NCBI GenBank assembly: GCA_003971905.1
Contig: RSEE01000039.1
Location: 496,001 to 560,000 of the forward strand
Source: Moniliella sp. 'wahieum'
Taxonomy: Eukaryota
Direction of reading: 5' to 3'
Length of the DNA: 64,000 bases
Within the stretch, counting starts at the first letter, position 1. Each line of letters opens with the position of its first letter. A program made the translations under genes and the position numbers. Shown one piece after another: positions 11,901-22,998 of the stretch. The notes below the pieces were generated by a model. It did not search any database. It saw only the letters and a list, made by a program, of their open reading frames with translations, and was not told the origin of the DNA.

Positions 11901-13324
11901 GGATCTGACGATCGGCAACCGTGTCCTGCGGCAGCTCGCGCGTCGTTTGCAGATCCTCGTTCCAGTCCCGGCCAGCATCAATCGTCTCGGGCGAGGTGCC
12001 TCCGGTGAGGAGGTAGGCCATCTGCACACGCAGCGGGTCGGGCTGCTGAGCAAAGCGCCGAGCCAACCAGGGGTACGCAGCTTGGGTCGTCGTCGCGCCC
12101 ATGACGGCGAGCACGTCGCGGTTGCCAAGCGGGTCTTGGAAGAGGGAGACAAAGTGCTGCGCAAACTGCGGGCTGAGGGAAAGGAAGAGGTCGTGAAGCG
12201 AGGCGGCGGCCTGGGCTCCAGCCTTAGGAGTCGGGTCAAAGGTGGAAGCCGTCGTGTTGGACACGTAGAACCCGTTCGCCGAGGCAACAATGTAAAACAC
12301 CTCGTTCTCTTGCGTCGCAGCGTGGATGTAAAAGTAGTGGCCTTGCAGCTCCAAGTTTTGCGGCGGCGGGTTCCATGCCGCAAGAGCAAAGTGACGCAGG
12401 AATTGGGGCGAAGGACGCAGCTTGCGCGCCTGCTCCGGAATCAGCGCCGAGGTAGGCACTTCGGGCCAGGCATCCGTCCAGTCGGCAAAGATTTGCTCGT
12501 CCTTCTTAGCCTTGGCTTCCTCCTCCTCCTTGGCGGCGACAGCCTTCTTCTTTTGTTGCTTGGTGGGGGCCGTGCTGACCGCATTCGTCTCCTTGAGCCA
12601 TGCTTCCTTGTTGCGCACAGCATCCTGCACCGACAGACCGGCATCAATGGAAAGCGCACTAGGATCAGGCGTGTTGACCTGCAACAGTTCACGGAACCGG
12701 ACAAAGTGCAGGCGCGCATCCGCCTCCGTGTAAGGCACTGTCAAACAGGGGTCAGCATCATGGTTTGCGAGGCAGAGCAGAGTGAGGTGAGAACGCACCG
12801 TAGGCAAGGTAAAGGTCAAGCTCTTCCTTCTCCTCCGACGCCAGGTCAAAGACGTTGTGAAGCTCGGTGAACTCGGGCAGCTTGTCCGACAGGACGGGCT
12901 TGCCATGGGCCATCTTGGGCTTGCCGTCTTGGCCACGGATGGGCTTGCGGAAGACGTAGGAGCCGAGCCAGTAAGCTCTGTGAATTCGTTGAGCGTCGTA
13001 CGAATCTCATTGAGCGAGTCGGTCGGCATGAGGCTCAAGGCAGGGTCGGGCCCAGGCTGGGCACGCCAAGCTTCTTGTCCACATTCGCTAGCAATGGCCT
13101 GTCGGGGAGGTGGAGGGTGAGCTGCACCTGGGCATCTGGAGCAGGCCGGACAGGCGTGCGTGCGTCAGCGCTGCACGCAAGGGGGGGGGGGAGGGACAAC
13201 ATACTCTCCAGGGCGTCCAGCGCGGCCTCCTCGGTGCCGGGCTGCTCCTGGGCAGGGCAGCGTCGGGGGCAGGGTGGGCGTGGGGGTCTGGGGAGACACT
13301 GGTGGGCTGCTGGTCGGACGCCAT
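8928..13324 (-). CDS. CLU1: Clustered mitochondria protein Clu1/CluA (CLU domain plus TPR), with introns and frameshifts
   Basis: PYTEADARLHFVRFRELL, WNPPPQNLELQGHYFY, RDWNEDLQTTRELP, QSIVPGLF, SLECKGLLGSDGRRYVLDL, LHLRGINVRYLG, QQQAVTIAERTLGLD, spread over ORFs 11455-13038, 10694-11443, 10344-10832 and 9062-10357. Confidence 0.93.
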
Positions 13325-14598
13325 GGCGGAGAGGAAGACCAAGATCCACAGAAGCGGCGGGAGCAGTGGCTGTGGTGGTGGGCGGGCAGGAAGAAGGACG
13401 GGTACGAGTCGGGTGCGTAGCTCGGCTGGCCTGCCGGCTGACTGGGCGCCGGCGGAAGCAACCAGAAATTCCTGCGCAGTGTTCCGCCCCGGGCGGGCGC
13501 GGAGCCAGTGTCGCCCCATTCCGCCTGCCTTCTCCGGGTTTTTGCCGCGAGGCCAGGATGATGCACGAGGGGGGGGCTGCGCTGAGCGCTGGCCGGCGGC
13601 CGTCGGCGGATTAATTTCACCCCCGTCTTCTCGCCTCTCCTCGCCCTGCCCTGCCCTGCCCTGCCCTGCCTCGCCTGGCCCATCCCATGTCCACCGCTCA
13701 ACGTCAACATCGGCCTGTCGACGCCACCCGTGACATGACCAGTGGCCTGCCTCGAGGCCAGAGAGAGAGGCGCTGGTGGCTTGTGGGCTTCCAGCCTGCG
13801 AAGGCGGCCGTGGACGTCTGCACACGCTATTCCGTCCTACCCGCTTCGGTCTTGGGGCCGCCACCAGCTGCACCCCCAGCCGGTGACGCGTGGAAAAGGG
13901 AGACCGGGGAGCGGCCGGTGGACACTGCTGAGCTTCAGGTGCGCTTCTCACACGTCCGGTCCCGCCCGCTCACACCGCTCACCAAGCCGGGGGACGCGCT
14001 GAGGTAAGCGGGGCGGGTGGGTGTGTCAGCAACAGTGACTGTGATGCGTGATGCAGTGAGGTTCTGAGATCTGAGAGGGAGAGGGAGACCGGAGAAGGCT
14101 GGTGCTTGAAATTCACCAGCCAGCTGCCGTCGGGGTGGGATCGGTGCAACAAGGTGCTGGCGCCGCTGCGCACCCCTTGCATGCCCCGCGCCGCCCGCCA
14201 GGGACGCGTCAGGCAGCTGTGACGCACACACGGGGGCCGTGCTGGCGGGGCCGCCGCCAGCGCACACGGGGGTGTGACATGTGTGATGCATCATCCGCAC
14301 ACGCCGGCGCGGTGCGTGGGGATGCGCAGCGCATCGTGTGCTACCGGCTACCCTCCCATTCACGAGCATGCACGCGGCGCTCGGGATCGACTCGGGTATT
14401 AGTAACAAACAACCGGCCCTTTTCAAGTTCAACGTTCAGTGAACTCACCGCTACAAGCGCTGCCCCCCCGCAGCAGGCGGCGCTGGCCGCCCCCGAGGCT
14501 GTGCTGCCCAGGCCAGGCGAGGGCCGTGCAACGTGGGCGCTGCGCTGGCCGTCTGTCCCTCCGCCCCACCACCCGCCTCCGCTTCCCCGCGCCCCACC

Positions 14599-15696
14599 AT
14601 GAGCCAGTTCTCCCAGTTCGCCGCCGCCCAGAAGGCGTACGACCACTACAACCGCGCCTCGGCCGCCGTCCAGCCCCACTACCAGAAGGCCCAGCCCTAC
14701 ATTGCCAAGCTCCAGGCATTGCTCCAGCCCTATGTCCAGCCCATCGACCGCGAGCTGTCCCGCTTCCCCTCGCTCGTCCGCTTTGAGCAGCAAACCGGCA
14801 TCAAGAAGGCCTACTTGGGCATTGGCGTTTGGTCTCTTTGCCTTGTATGTCCTGCTCCTTGTCTGGCTTGCATCCCCCTTTCCCCCGCCGCTGACCCATC
14901 TCCCCCTGCAGTTGATCTTCTTCAACGTCTTTGCCTCGCTTCTCACCAACGTGCTTGGCTTCTTCATCCCGGCGTACTACTCGATGAAGGCGCTGCAATC
15001 CCCGGGCGGCGCCGACGACACGCAGTGGCTCACCTACTGGTCCGTCTACGGTTTCTTTGCCGTGCTCGAGACCGTGTCAGACCACGTGCTGTACTGGTTC
15101 CCCTTTTACTACACGGCCAAGTCGCTCTTGCTCGTCTGGCTCATGCTGCCCCAGACCCAAGGCGCAAAGATTGTGTATGCCAATGTGCTTCGGCCTATCT
15201 TCTTCCACACGCCCAAGGGGACTGTGCCTACGGGCTACAATGGCACGGACAAGTCGGGTCTGTTTGCCGAGACGCCGCCCGGCGCGCGGTCCCCCCCGTG
15301 CCTACCGCTCCTGCCGTCCCTGCCGCTCCTGCTGTCCCTGCCGCCTCGGCGCCCACTCATGCCCCCGCTCCGGCCGCCGCAGCGCCTGCCTCCTTCGCCG
15401 CCTCGGTTCCTACTGCGGCCTCTGTACCGTCGGCCGCGTCCGCGGTGCCGACTAGCAGCCACACAAACCTGTCCAGCGGCCTGGCGGGCCTCGCTTCGCA
15501 CGCCTCCTCGTTGCCCTCTGCCCCGGGCGCCGGTGCTGGTGGATTCCATCTCCCCGCGCAGGCTGAGGAGGCGCTGCGCTCGGGCCAGGTGCCGCATTTG
15601 GATGCGTCGCAGATCCCGGAGGAGCTCAAGCCGGCGCTGAGTGCGATGGCCCAGCAGGGCCAGTTCTCTCAGGCGCCGACGGGCTTTGGATTGTAA
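14599..15696 (+). CDS. YOP1: ER-shaping protein Yop1/REEP (TB2/DP1/HVA22) with an Ala/Pro-rich C-terminal tail
   Basis: IDRELSRFPSLVRFEQQTGIKKAY; LTNVLGFFIPAYYSMKALQSPGGADDTQWLTYWSVYGFF..YWFPFYY..WLMLPQTQGA. Intron about 14845-14911 (GTATGT..CTGAC..CAG). Confidence 0.92.
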   Translation: MSQFSQFAAAQKAYDHYNRASAAVQPHYQKAQPYIAKLQALLQPYVQPIDRELSRFPSLVRFEQQTGIKKAYLGIGVWSLCLVCPAPCLACIPLSPAADPSPPAVDLLQRLCLASHQRAWLLHPGVLLDEGAAIPGRRRRHAVAHLLVRLRFLCRARDRVRPRAVLVPLLLHGQVALARLAHAAPDPRRKDCVCQCASAYLLPHAQGDCAYGLQWHGQVGSVCRDAARRAVPPVPTAPAVPAAPAVPAASAPTHAPAPAAAAPASFAASVPTAASVPSAASAVPTSSHTNLSSGLAGLASHASSLPSAPGAGAGGFHLPAQAEEALRSGQVPHLDASQIPEELKPALSAMAQQGQFSQAPTGFGL

Positions 15697-17281
15697 CATG
15701 TATCATGTAACATGTAACCCGGTTCCAGTGCATGTGCCAACATGGTGTGGTATCCCACTGCAAAAGAAGGCTGGCTTGTCCTTCTACCCCCCCCCCCCGG
15801 CTCTCTACGAGCCACCGTTCTTGCTTGATCTTGTTGCTCCTGTCTCGTGTCGATTCGGGTCCTGTGCCCCCGTCCCAGTTCCATGTTTTGTGCCCCCTGG
15901 CGCGCACGCTTGGACATTCATTTGAAGCTTGGTCGGCCTGGATTCTGGTCCCCGATCGGGGTTGGGCTTGGGATTGGTAGTGAACAGTGGACGATGTGCT
16001 ACTGGATGAGCGAGTGCTGCTGCCAGATGGACTTGCACAATGCGTGGGGCGAGGGAGGATGGCGGGCAGGGGGAAGGACACGAGGCGCAGTCGGCGCGCG
16101 CAAAGAGAGAGATGACGTTGTTCTGTTACATAGTAAGGGGAGGTGCGGGGGATGGTCTACATGGGTACACCAGCATTGCGAGGGACTAGGAAGACATCTA
16201 TCTGTGTGCCTTGCAAGGCAAGGCGAGGGCAAGTCGATGGTCCCGGTCAATAGGGCTGGTTGATGGGGAGGCCTTGATGCGTGGCGTCGAACGGAGCCCC
16301 TCGACGTCAACCGTTGTGGCGAACGCTGGAGTATCCTGTGTCCACGGCTGGCAGATGGAACCAAGGCAGAAATCACCGAAACAGAGCTTCTTCGGCCTGC
16401 TTCGTCTCTATTACCTCTTCCATAGGGGGTGCTTATACCCGGGCGTTGCTGGCCAGGCAGACGGCACCTTGTCTTGCCTGGGATTTCGGCAATCCGTTTC
16501 TACTCTAACAAGGAGGATCAGGGGGGGAGGCGGTGTGTGAGTAGATGCGGCAGGGCTACGCGATCCATTCATTCAGAGAGGGCAACACCATGGTGGGCTT
16601 GCTGCTACTCATTCTGGTTGGCCAGCATAGTCGTAGGGCTTTTGCTGGGGAAGCAGCTGCTGGTACCGTCACGCGTCATCCGCGAGATGCCCGCCGTGGC
16701 GTGGCGGGGGCCGCCCCCTGGTCGGTGGCCATGGACGCGGACACAATGCGCCGACGACAACACCTTGCCGGTGAAGCGGTTGGGTTGGCATGGCGGACAT
16801 GCTGACCTGAACATTGCAAGCCCCGCTGGGGGCGACGCATGCCACGGCCTGGAGGCTGGCAGCCGCCAATTGATGCTCTGGAAAAGACGGAATCCCGACA
16901 GTTCCAACGGATGCCACACTGGCGCCATGCGCAGCGCTGGCCAGGGTGCCGCCACGCGACCAGGGTACCCAAACGCAGCCACGGTCGCCTGGCGCCAGTG
17001 TGTCCCCGCCGCCGCATCCTGCGACTGCCGGTTGCCGTCCCGGCTCCCCCGCAGCAGCCCGCAGCAGCACAGTCGCCCGCCCCCCCGGCCGGCGCCGTGC
17101 CTGCGGGGGGCATGGCTGGGATGGGATGGCCCCACTCGCACTCGCATCTCACATGCACATGCTCCCCAGCAGAGCTTGCCATCATTAACCACCACCACCT
17201 CGCCGTCTTCTCCGCCTTGGCACCCACATTCTTTTGTTGCTCTGCCCCCCCCGGGGCATCCACGTTCCTTTCCCCGTCGCC

Positions 17282-19848
17282 ATGGCCCCCCCACCCCCGT
17301 CCCCCGCGTCTTTGCCTCCCCTCACCCGCTCCCCCGTCCGACCCGTGCCCCGCACCCCGCCAACCTCGGCTGGCTCCGCCTCCCGCCCGCCCCGCTGGCA
17401 CCGACGCCCTGGCCCATGCCCACACTGTCTACGCCTCCGTCCTCACCCCCTTGGCCCTCCGCCCGGCCCCACACCACGCGACGCGACTCCCTTCACTGCC
17501 CTTGCTGACCTCGCTCTCTGCCCCGACCCCAACAACAGTGTGCAGTACTACAGCAAGGTGAGCAGCACATCACGCGCCCCCCTTGGTTTGGTGCCCTTGT
17601 ACTGACCCTGCTCAGGTAACCCAGCCCATGTCGCTCCACCTCATTGAACACAATGTTCGCGCCCGCGCCTACCCCTCGCCATCGGCGTTCGAGACAGACG
17701 TCCTTCAGCTCTTTGCCAATGCCCGCCTGGCCAACAAGCCTGGCTCCGAAGCCTACAGCCAGGTGGCTCGGCTGCAGCACGTGTACCTGGAACTGGTCAA
17801 CTGGCCCTGTGCTAGCTCGATCGAGGCCGTTGAGGCTCACATGGACGCCGTCGTCCACCTCGCCTCCCTTCGGCCTACGCCATTCAGCTCTGTCCCCATT
17901 GGCCCAGGAGAGGCGTCGATCCATCAAGCGCAGCCGGGTTCTGAAATGCCCGCCACTTGCACTGCCGATGTCATCTCTCGTGCTCGTCTGCACACCGTGA
18001 CAAGATTGTTTTGGACCACGCCGAGTTCAAGGGCGAGACGTACCGTGTAGGCGATTGGGTCCACGTGCTCAACCCTTCGGACCCCTCCAAGCCCATTGTG
18101 GGGCAGATCTTCAAGGTGCTTGAAAAGATACCCGCAGCCTCCACCTCCTCGGGCGGTAGGACATTGTCGACGCCTGGATCGCCAGCCTCACCCTCCCCGC
18201 CCCTCCCCTCACCAACGGGGCAGTATTATGTATCCGTCTGCTGGTACCACCGCCCCGAAGAAACGGTGCATGCAGCCTCACGCCGGTTTATCCCCAATGA
18301 GGTGTTTAAGACGGGGCTCATGGTCGACCACAAGATTCAAGATATCGTGGAAAGGTGCTTTGTCATGTTCTACACGCGCTTCATTCGTGGCCGTCCCACG
18401 TCTGCGGTTTGGAACGCGGCAACGCAGCAGCTTTATGTGAGCGAGTTCCGCTACAACGACCTGACCCGCCAGTTCACCAAGATCAAGTCGTGGAACTCGT
18501 GCATCCCGGAGGAGCTGCGCGGGGGGGAAGTACCTATGGATCCATTTGTGAAAGCCATCGTTCCCGAACGCCAGCCATCGCCTTTTCTCCTCGGCGTGGC
18601 GGACGGGCCTGGGTTCCTTCTTGCCGAAAGATCCACTCCTTCCGCTTCGATGACCACTGGCCTCCCCTGTCGCGCAAGCGACCTGCCGACGAGCCTGCTT
18701 TGGATCTGCGGACCAAGAAGGAATTTGCCATGCGGTCCCATTGCGCTGCGCAGGCTCCCTCCCTGTTGCCTACCAGGGGCATGAACGAGTTCCTATCTCC
18801 TCACCCATCCTCGCACCCGATGGTCATGCTTCCGCCTTCGCCCTATGCCCCGTTCTCCTTCGCGGTCCCGAGCCCTATGGCTCTGTCGCCATCCCCCCCA
18901 TGGCCGAGGTGAACTACCGTCCTAGTTCGGCGGGTGGGTTGGACGCAGTCATGCAGTTCGGGGCCCCCTCCTTCGCGCTCGAACCCTGCTCGCGCACGGG
19001 CAAGCCCAGGTCGCAGACGCTGCAAGACAACCTGCCGCAAGACGCGGTGCCGGCGACCCATTGGCTCACCGCGCCCACGCAACGCGTGCGCCACAGCAGC
19101 GTGCCCATCGACGCCGACCGCACGGGCTTCCTCTCCCCGCTCGTGCTTCCGCACCTGTCCCCCTCCACCCCTGGACCCGGCATGGTCACCGCGCCCGTTT
19201 CGCCCTCGCTGCTGATGGAAGGCCCGGTCCCGTTCGTGCCTTCGGCCGCGGCCGCCGCTACACCTGCACCTGCCACTACGGTCCCCCCCCGAATTGGGTC
19301 ATGGCTTCCCCGCTGCCCATGGAGATGCCGGCGCCTAGCGTGCAAGAGCCGCTCATTCCCGAGTTGACCTTCGATTCGGCCGCGAGCTCGGTGGGGGACG
19401 TATCCTGTTCTAGTTCGTGGCTTGGGTCTGGGTCGGGATCTGGGTCGGGGTCTGGGAGCGGCGCACCTGTCCCCCCTCGGTTGGCAGTGCAGGAGGTCGC
19501 GTCGCCCGAGATGGATGGTCGCCGTTTTGGTTGGCAGCGGCGGGAGCGGCATGCGGCAGTCCGTTGGGCGTGCTGCGTCGTGCATCGCTCGATACGTCGG
19601 GCTGTCTTGCCTCGTTCAACGATAAGCACAAGGACAAGGACAAGGACACGAACAAGCATGCGCGCAAGACGGAGACCATGACCACGCCACCGAGCTCGGA
19701 GGACGAGACGGTATATGGCAAGCTGTCTGACGCACCTTCGCTCACTGTCCTCTCCCCCTCGCCCGTCGACAAACTCTTTCCCCTCCCCACCGACACCCTC
19801 GCCGGCCTGGACAAACTCTTCTTCCCCCTAGATGAGTTGGCGGACTGA
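17282..19848 (+). CDS. Rsc1/Rsc2-like chromatin remodelling subunit (bromodomain plus BAH)
   Basis: Bromo-like YYSK|VTQPMSLHLIE..FETDVLQLFANAR..NKPGSEAY; BAH YRVGDWVHVLNPSDPSKPIVGQIF..VCWYHRPEETVH..EVFKT..KIKSWNSCIPEELR. Ends approximate. Confidence 0.8.
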
Positions 19849-20405
19849 TCAGCGTCCCCCCCCCCCACCAGCCCATGCTCGGCTCGGCCATGGTCGTCTG
19901 CAATACCCGTGACGCTGTTTCAGCGCTCTCACCCCCCCCCTCCCCACACACCCTAATAGGCGTTACCCTACTTGACCCGCCGCCTTCTCGCCCCAAGTAT
20001 TCTCGTTCTATGCTCTGCTCTCTACTCTGCTCGCCCCGCTCGTGCGCGTGCACGTGCTCCTGCCTGTGCACCCTCTGTCGTTCTTTGCCCACCGCCTTGC
20101 CCATCTACCCCCCCTACTATACTGGATTGATTGATACCTACTACCCCTCCACCTACCCCCTCTCCATCCCCATCACCTCCTCCTTCGTCCTCCTTCTCGC
20201 CCTTCACTCTCACTCTTACTCTCACTTTCCTTCTCGCTTTCATTCTTTTTCGACCTGCACTGGTTGCGGCCTCTATTCCCCCGTTGAGTATATCTTGGTT
20301 CTGCATCCTGCTATGCTCGTGCTGGCGTACTAGAAGCTTGAAGCTGGACGGGGCCCGTAGCGTTCGTTGGGGTTCGTGGTGGCGACTGCACCCCGCGGCG
20401 CCGCC

Positions 20406-20451
20406 CCCACACACCGCTCCCACACACCGCTCCCACACACCGCTCCCACAC
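20406..20451. repeat. 13-bp minisatellite (CCCACACACCGCT) x3
   Basis: Direct tandem copies visible. Confidence 0.85.
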
Positions 20452-21624
20452 TGAGTACTGGTGGGCAACCAGAAACCAGAAACTTGAGCCGGAATCAGTT
20501 CAAGTGGCGGGTAGAACCCATTGGTGTACACACGTTCGCTGAAGCGTGAAGCGTGAAGCGTGAAGCGTGAAGCTTGATGCAAGGACCAGAGCGGGGAAAA
20601 GGCGGGCCAGTTTGAGTTTGAGCCTATAGCATACCGTTGGAAGCCGTGGTGTGAGACTCGCATGTGAGATGGGGATGCAAGAACGGGGGTGCTCCCCCCC
20701 CTACTGGGCCCTTTTGTCCGTATAGTACGAATAGCGAATAGGACACAGTTGTGGTCCACACATAGACGTCCTTCGCGTGCTACAGGTACCCCTCTCGCCT
20801 ATGAGCCGCAAGATCCAGGGTTGTTGGCCCGCTGTGGCGGTCTGTGGCCTCTCTTTGCCTCAGTCTCTCTTCTGCTTCGTTCAGCCTTCATAGCTAGAGC
20901 ACCACGCTTCTGATCCTCGCTGTGCTTCAAGCTTCATTTCGCTTTGTTGGTGAGGGGGGGGGCTGTGACATGTGACATGGGCGGCCTGTGATGCATGTGT
21001 TGATTGATGGCACAAGCCGGTAACGCGGTAACAACGCGGTAACGCGGTAACAACGCGGTACGCGGTAACGATTATGATTACGTGTACTATGAGCCACAGA
21101 AGGGCACAGAGGGTGATTTGGGGTTCACCGTACACGGGGGTGGTACCATTGTCAGCGGCTCTGTTGAGATGTCAGAATCGCTCAACAGAAACTAGTAACT
21201 TGAGGGTGGAGACGTCCTGGGGAGGGTTATACGGGATTTGCCTGTATTGCTATTGGTATCTGAGGTGGACCGAGGCTGTCGTGCGAAATGCCACACGTGA
21301 GATCTGAGACACGGAACATCATACAACGTCGTCTCAGTACGTCAGTACGCGTCTGCTTCTGACAAGAAAAATGGGCGTGAGCTGCCGTTCAAAGCTCAGA
21401 AGACTCAGGCTTGGCCACGAGGGCGCGCTGAGCGGCTGAGCGCCCTGCGCAACACAGTAACGAAATGTAACAGGCACAGATTGTGCCCCCAGGCGCCGCT
21501 TCCAGCTGTGATGTGCTTGGCAAGTGCCAGCCGGGGCAATCTTCGTATTGGTATACGGCTGATGGTGCTGCCAAGTCAATCGAAAAGCGGGCCGCTCGCT
21601 ATTGGTAAGACCACTGCCTCTATC

Positions 21625-21978
21625 CAGTGTGCGCTCCGCGGACACCAAGACGACCGCGGTCAGTTCGATCCACCCCACGGCACACGCCAACAAAACAAGA
21701 CACAGAGAGTAAATGCAGGTGTATATACTGAGTGTGAACACATGTGTGACATGTGAACGCGAACCTTGAAGCTTGAAGCTTGAAGGCTTTTGAAGCTTTG
21801 AAGCTTGAAGCTGGGAAGATGATGGACCCACTAGCAGTGTGCGCTCCGCGGACTACAAAAGGCAACTGCGGTCAGCCTCATCCGCCCCACTGTGTGCACA
21901 CGCTAACAAAGCACACAGAGAGTGAATACGAGAAGAGTGCAGATGTATATACAGCGTGAGCATGTGAGCGTGACGCGT
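21625..21978. repeat. Diverged direct duplication of about 135 bp (period 210 bp), separated by a (TGAAGCT)n array
   Basis: Both copies start CAGTGTGCGCTCCGCGGAC (21625, 21835) and share GCGGTCAG, CCCCAC, ACACAGAGAGT and TGTATATAC. Confidence 0.85.
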
Positions 21979-22998
21979 GAACCTACTTAGAGAGGAACGA
22001 GAGGGCCAACGTTCAACTTGACCGCTCAGCCGCTCAGCCGCTCAGCCTGAGTTGCAATGACGGGGTGTCGATGGTTGTTGATGCACTTGACGTTGAACTT
22101 CAACGTTGATGCCATTGCAGTTGACGCTGTTGCGTTGAGGGTTATTGTGTACCCCCTCCGTATCTGTTCCACGGAGCGAACGCGTGACAGCGTGGCGGGA
22201 GACTCAGCGGACACAAGTGACACGTGTGACGTGGGATGGATGATGGATGGTGGCATGAAGCAGGTGTCGTTGGGAACGTTGAACACGATGACGGATGACG
22301 CGTGACGTCCATGACGCGGATGACGCGGACGGATCCTAGATCTTAGATCCTACGTCCCAGATCTCTAGTCTGTGCCTCGTCGTCTCGTCACGCGTCAATC
22401 TTCAATAGCTTTGGAACCGTCCAGCCGTTCAGGAACGCGTAGGAACCCAGTCCGTCCTGCCGAGGTGGCGGGCCAGTATAGTTCCGTCAGAGTGCCCATT
22501 TCCCTCTGCGGCTGCTCCGCGGCGCACTTGCGAGCAGGGTCCGTTTGGGCTTCGCATGCCTTTGAGGGCAGTTCGATCGCACATCTCCATCATCCATCAC
22601 TAGTCTCTCACCACCCTGCCCGATCGGGGCCAATCACGGGTGCCGTTCTGTTCCCCCGCCTCTGCTCGGCATCCAGCTGACAAGCCTGCGCACTGATGCC
22701 TGTCTCCGGGCCGCTTCTGCGTGTCAGCGCCATCCGATGCCAGCATCGCCATCACAGCCCCCTTTACCTTACCCGTTCCATCGCATTCTTATGTTCTCCT
22801 TCCTCCCCTCCACCAGTCTCCTGCGTCGCACACAGAAGCCCATCCGACCATGCCATCCCACGGTGTGCTGTTTGGCAGGAACCGCACTGCCAGCTTAGCG
22901 ACAGCTCCATTGGCCCCACTGGCAGCATAGGCAGCAGCATCCTGCGCCACAGGCGCACCAGCAGTGGCAAGAGCCGCCTCCCGGGCATCATTACTGCC

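Noticed and set aside
9050..12870. Long + strand ORFs (407 aa and 440 aa)
   Set aside because: Antisense shadows of CLU1 caused by GC-rich codon usage.
16429..17508. 359-aa ORF and overlapping ORFs upstream of the Rsc-like gene
   Set aside because: Low-complexity GC-rich translations with no domain signal.
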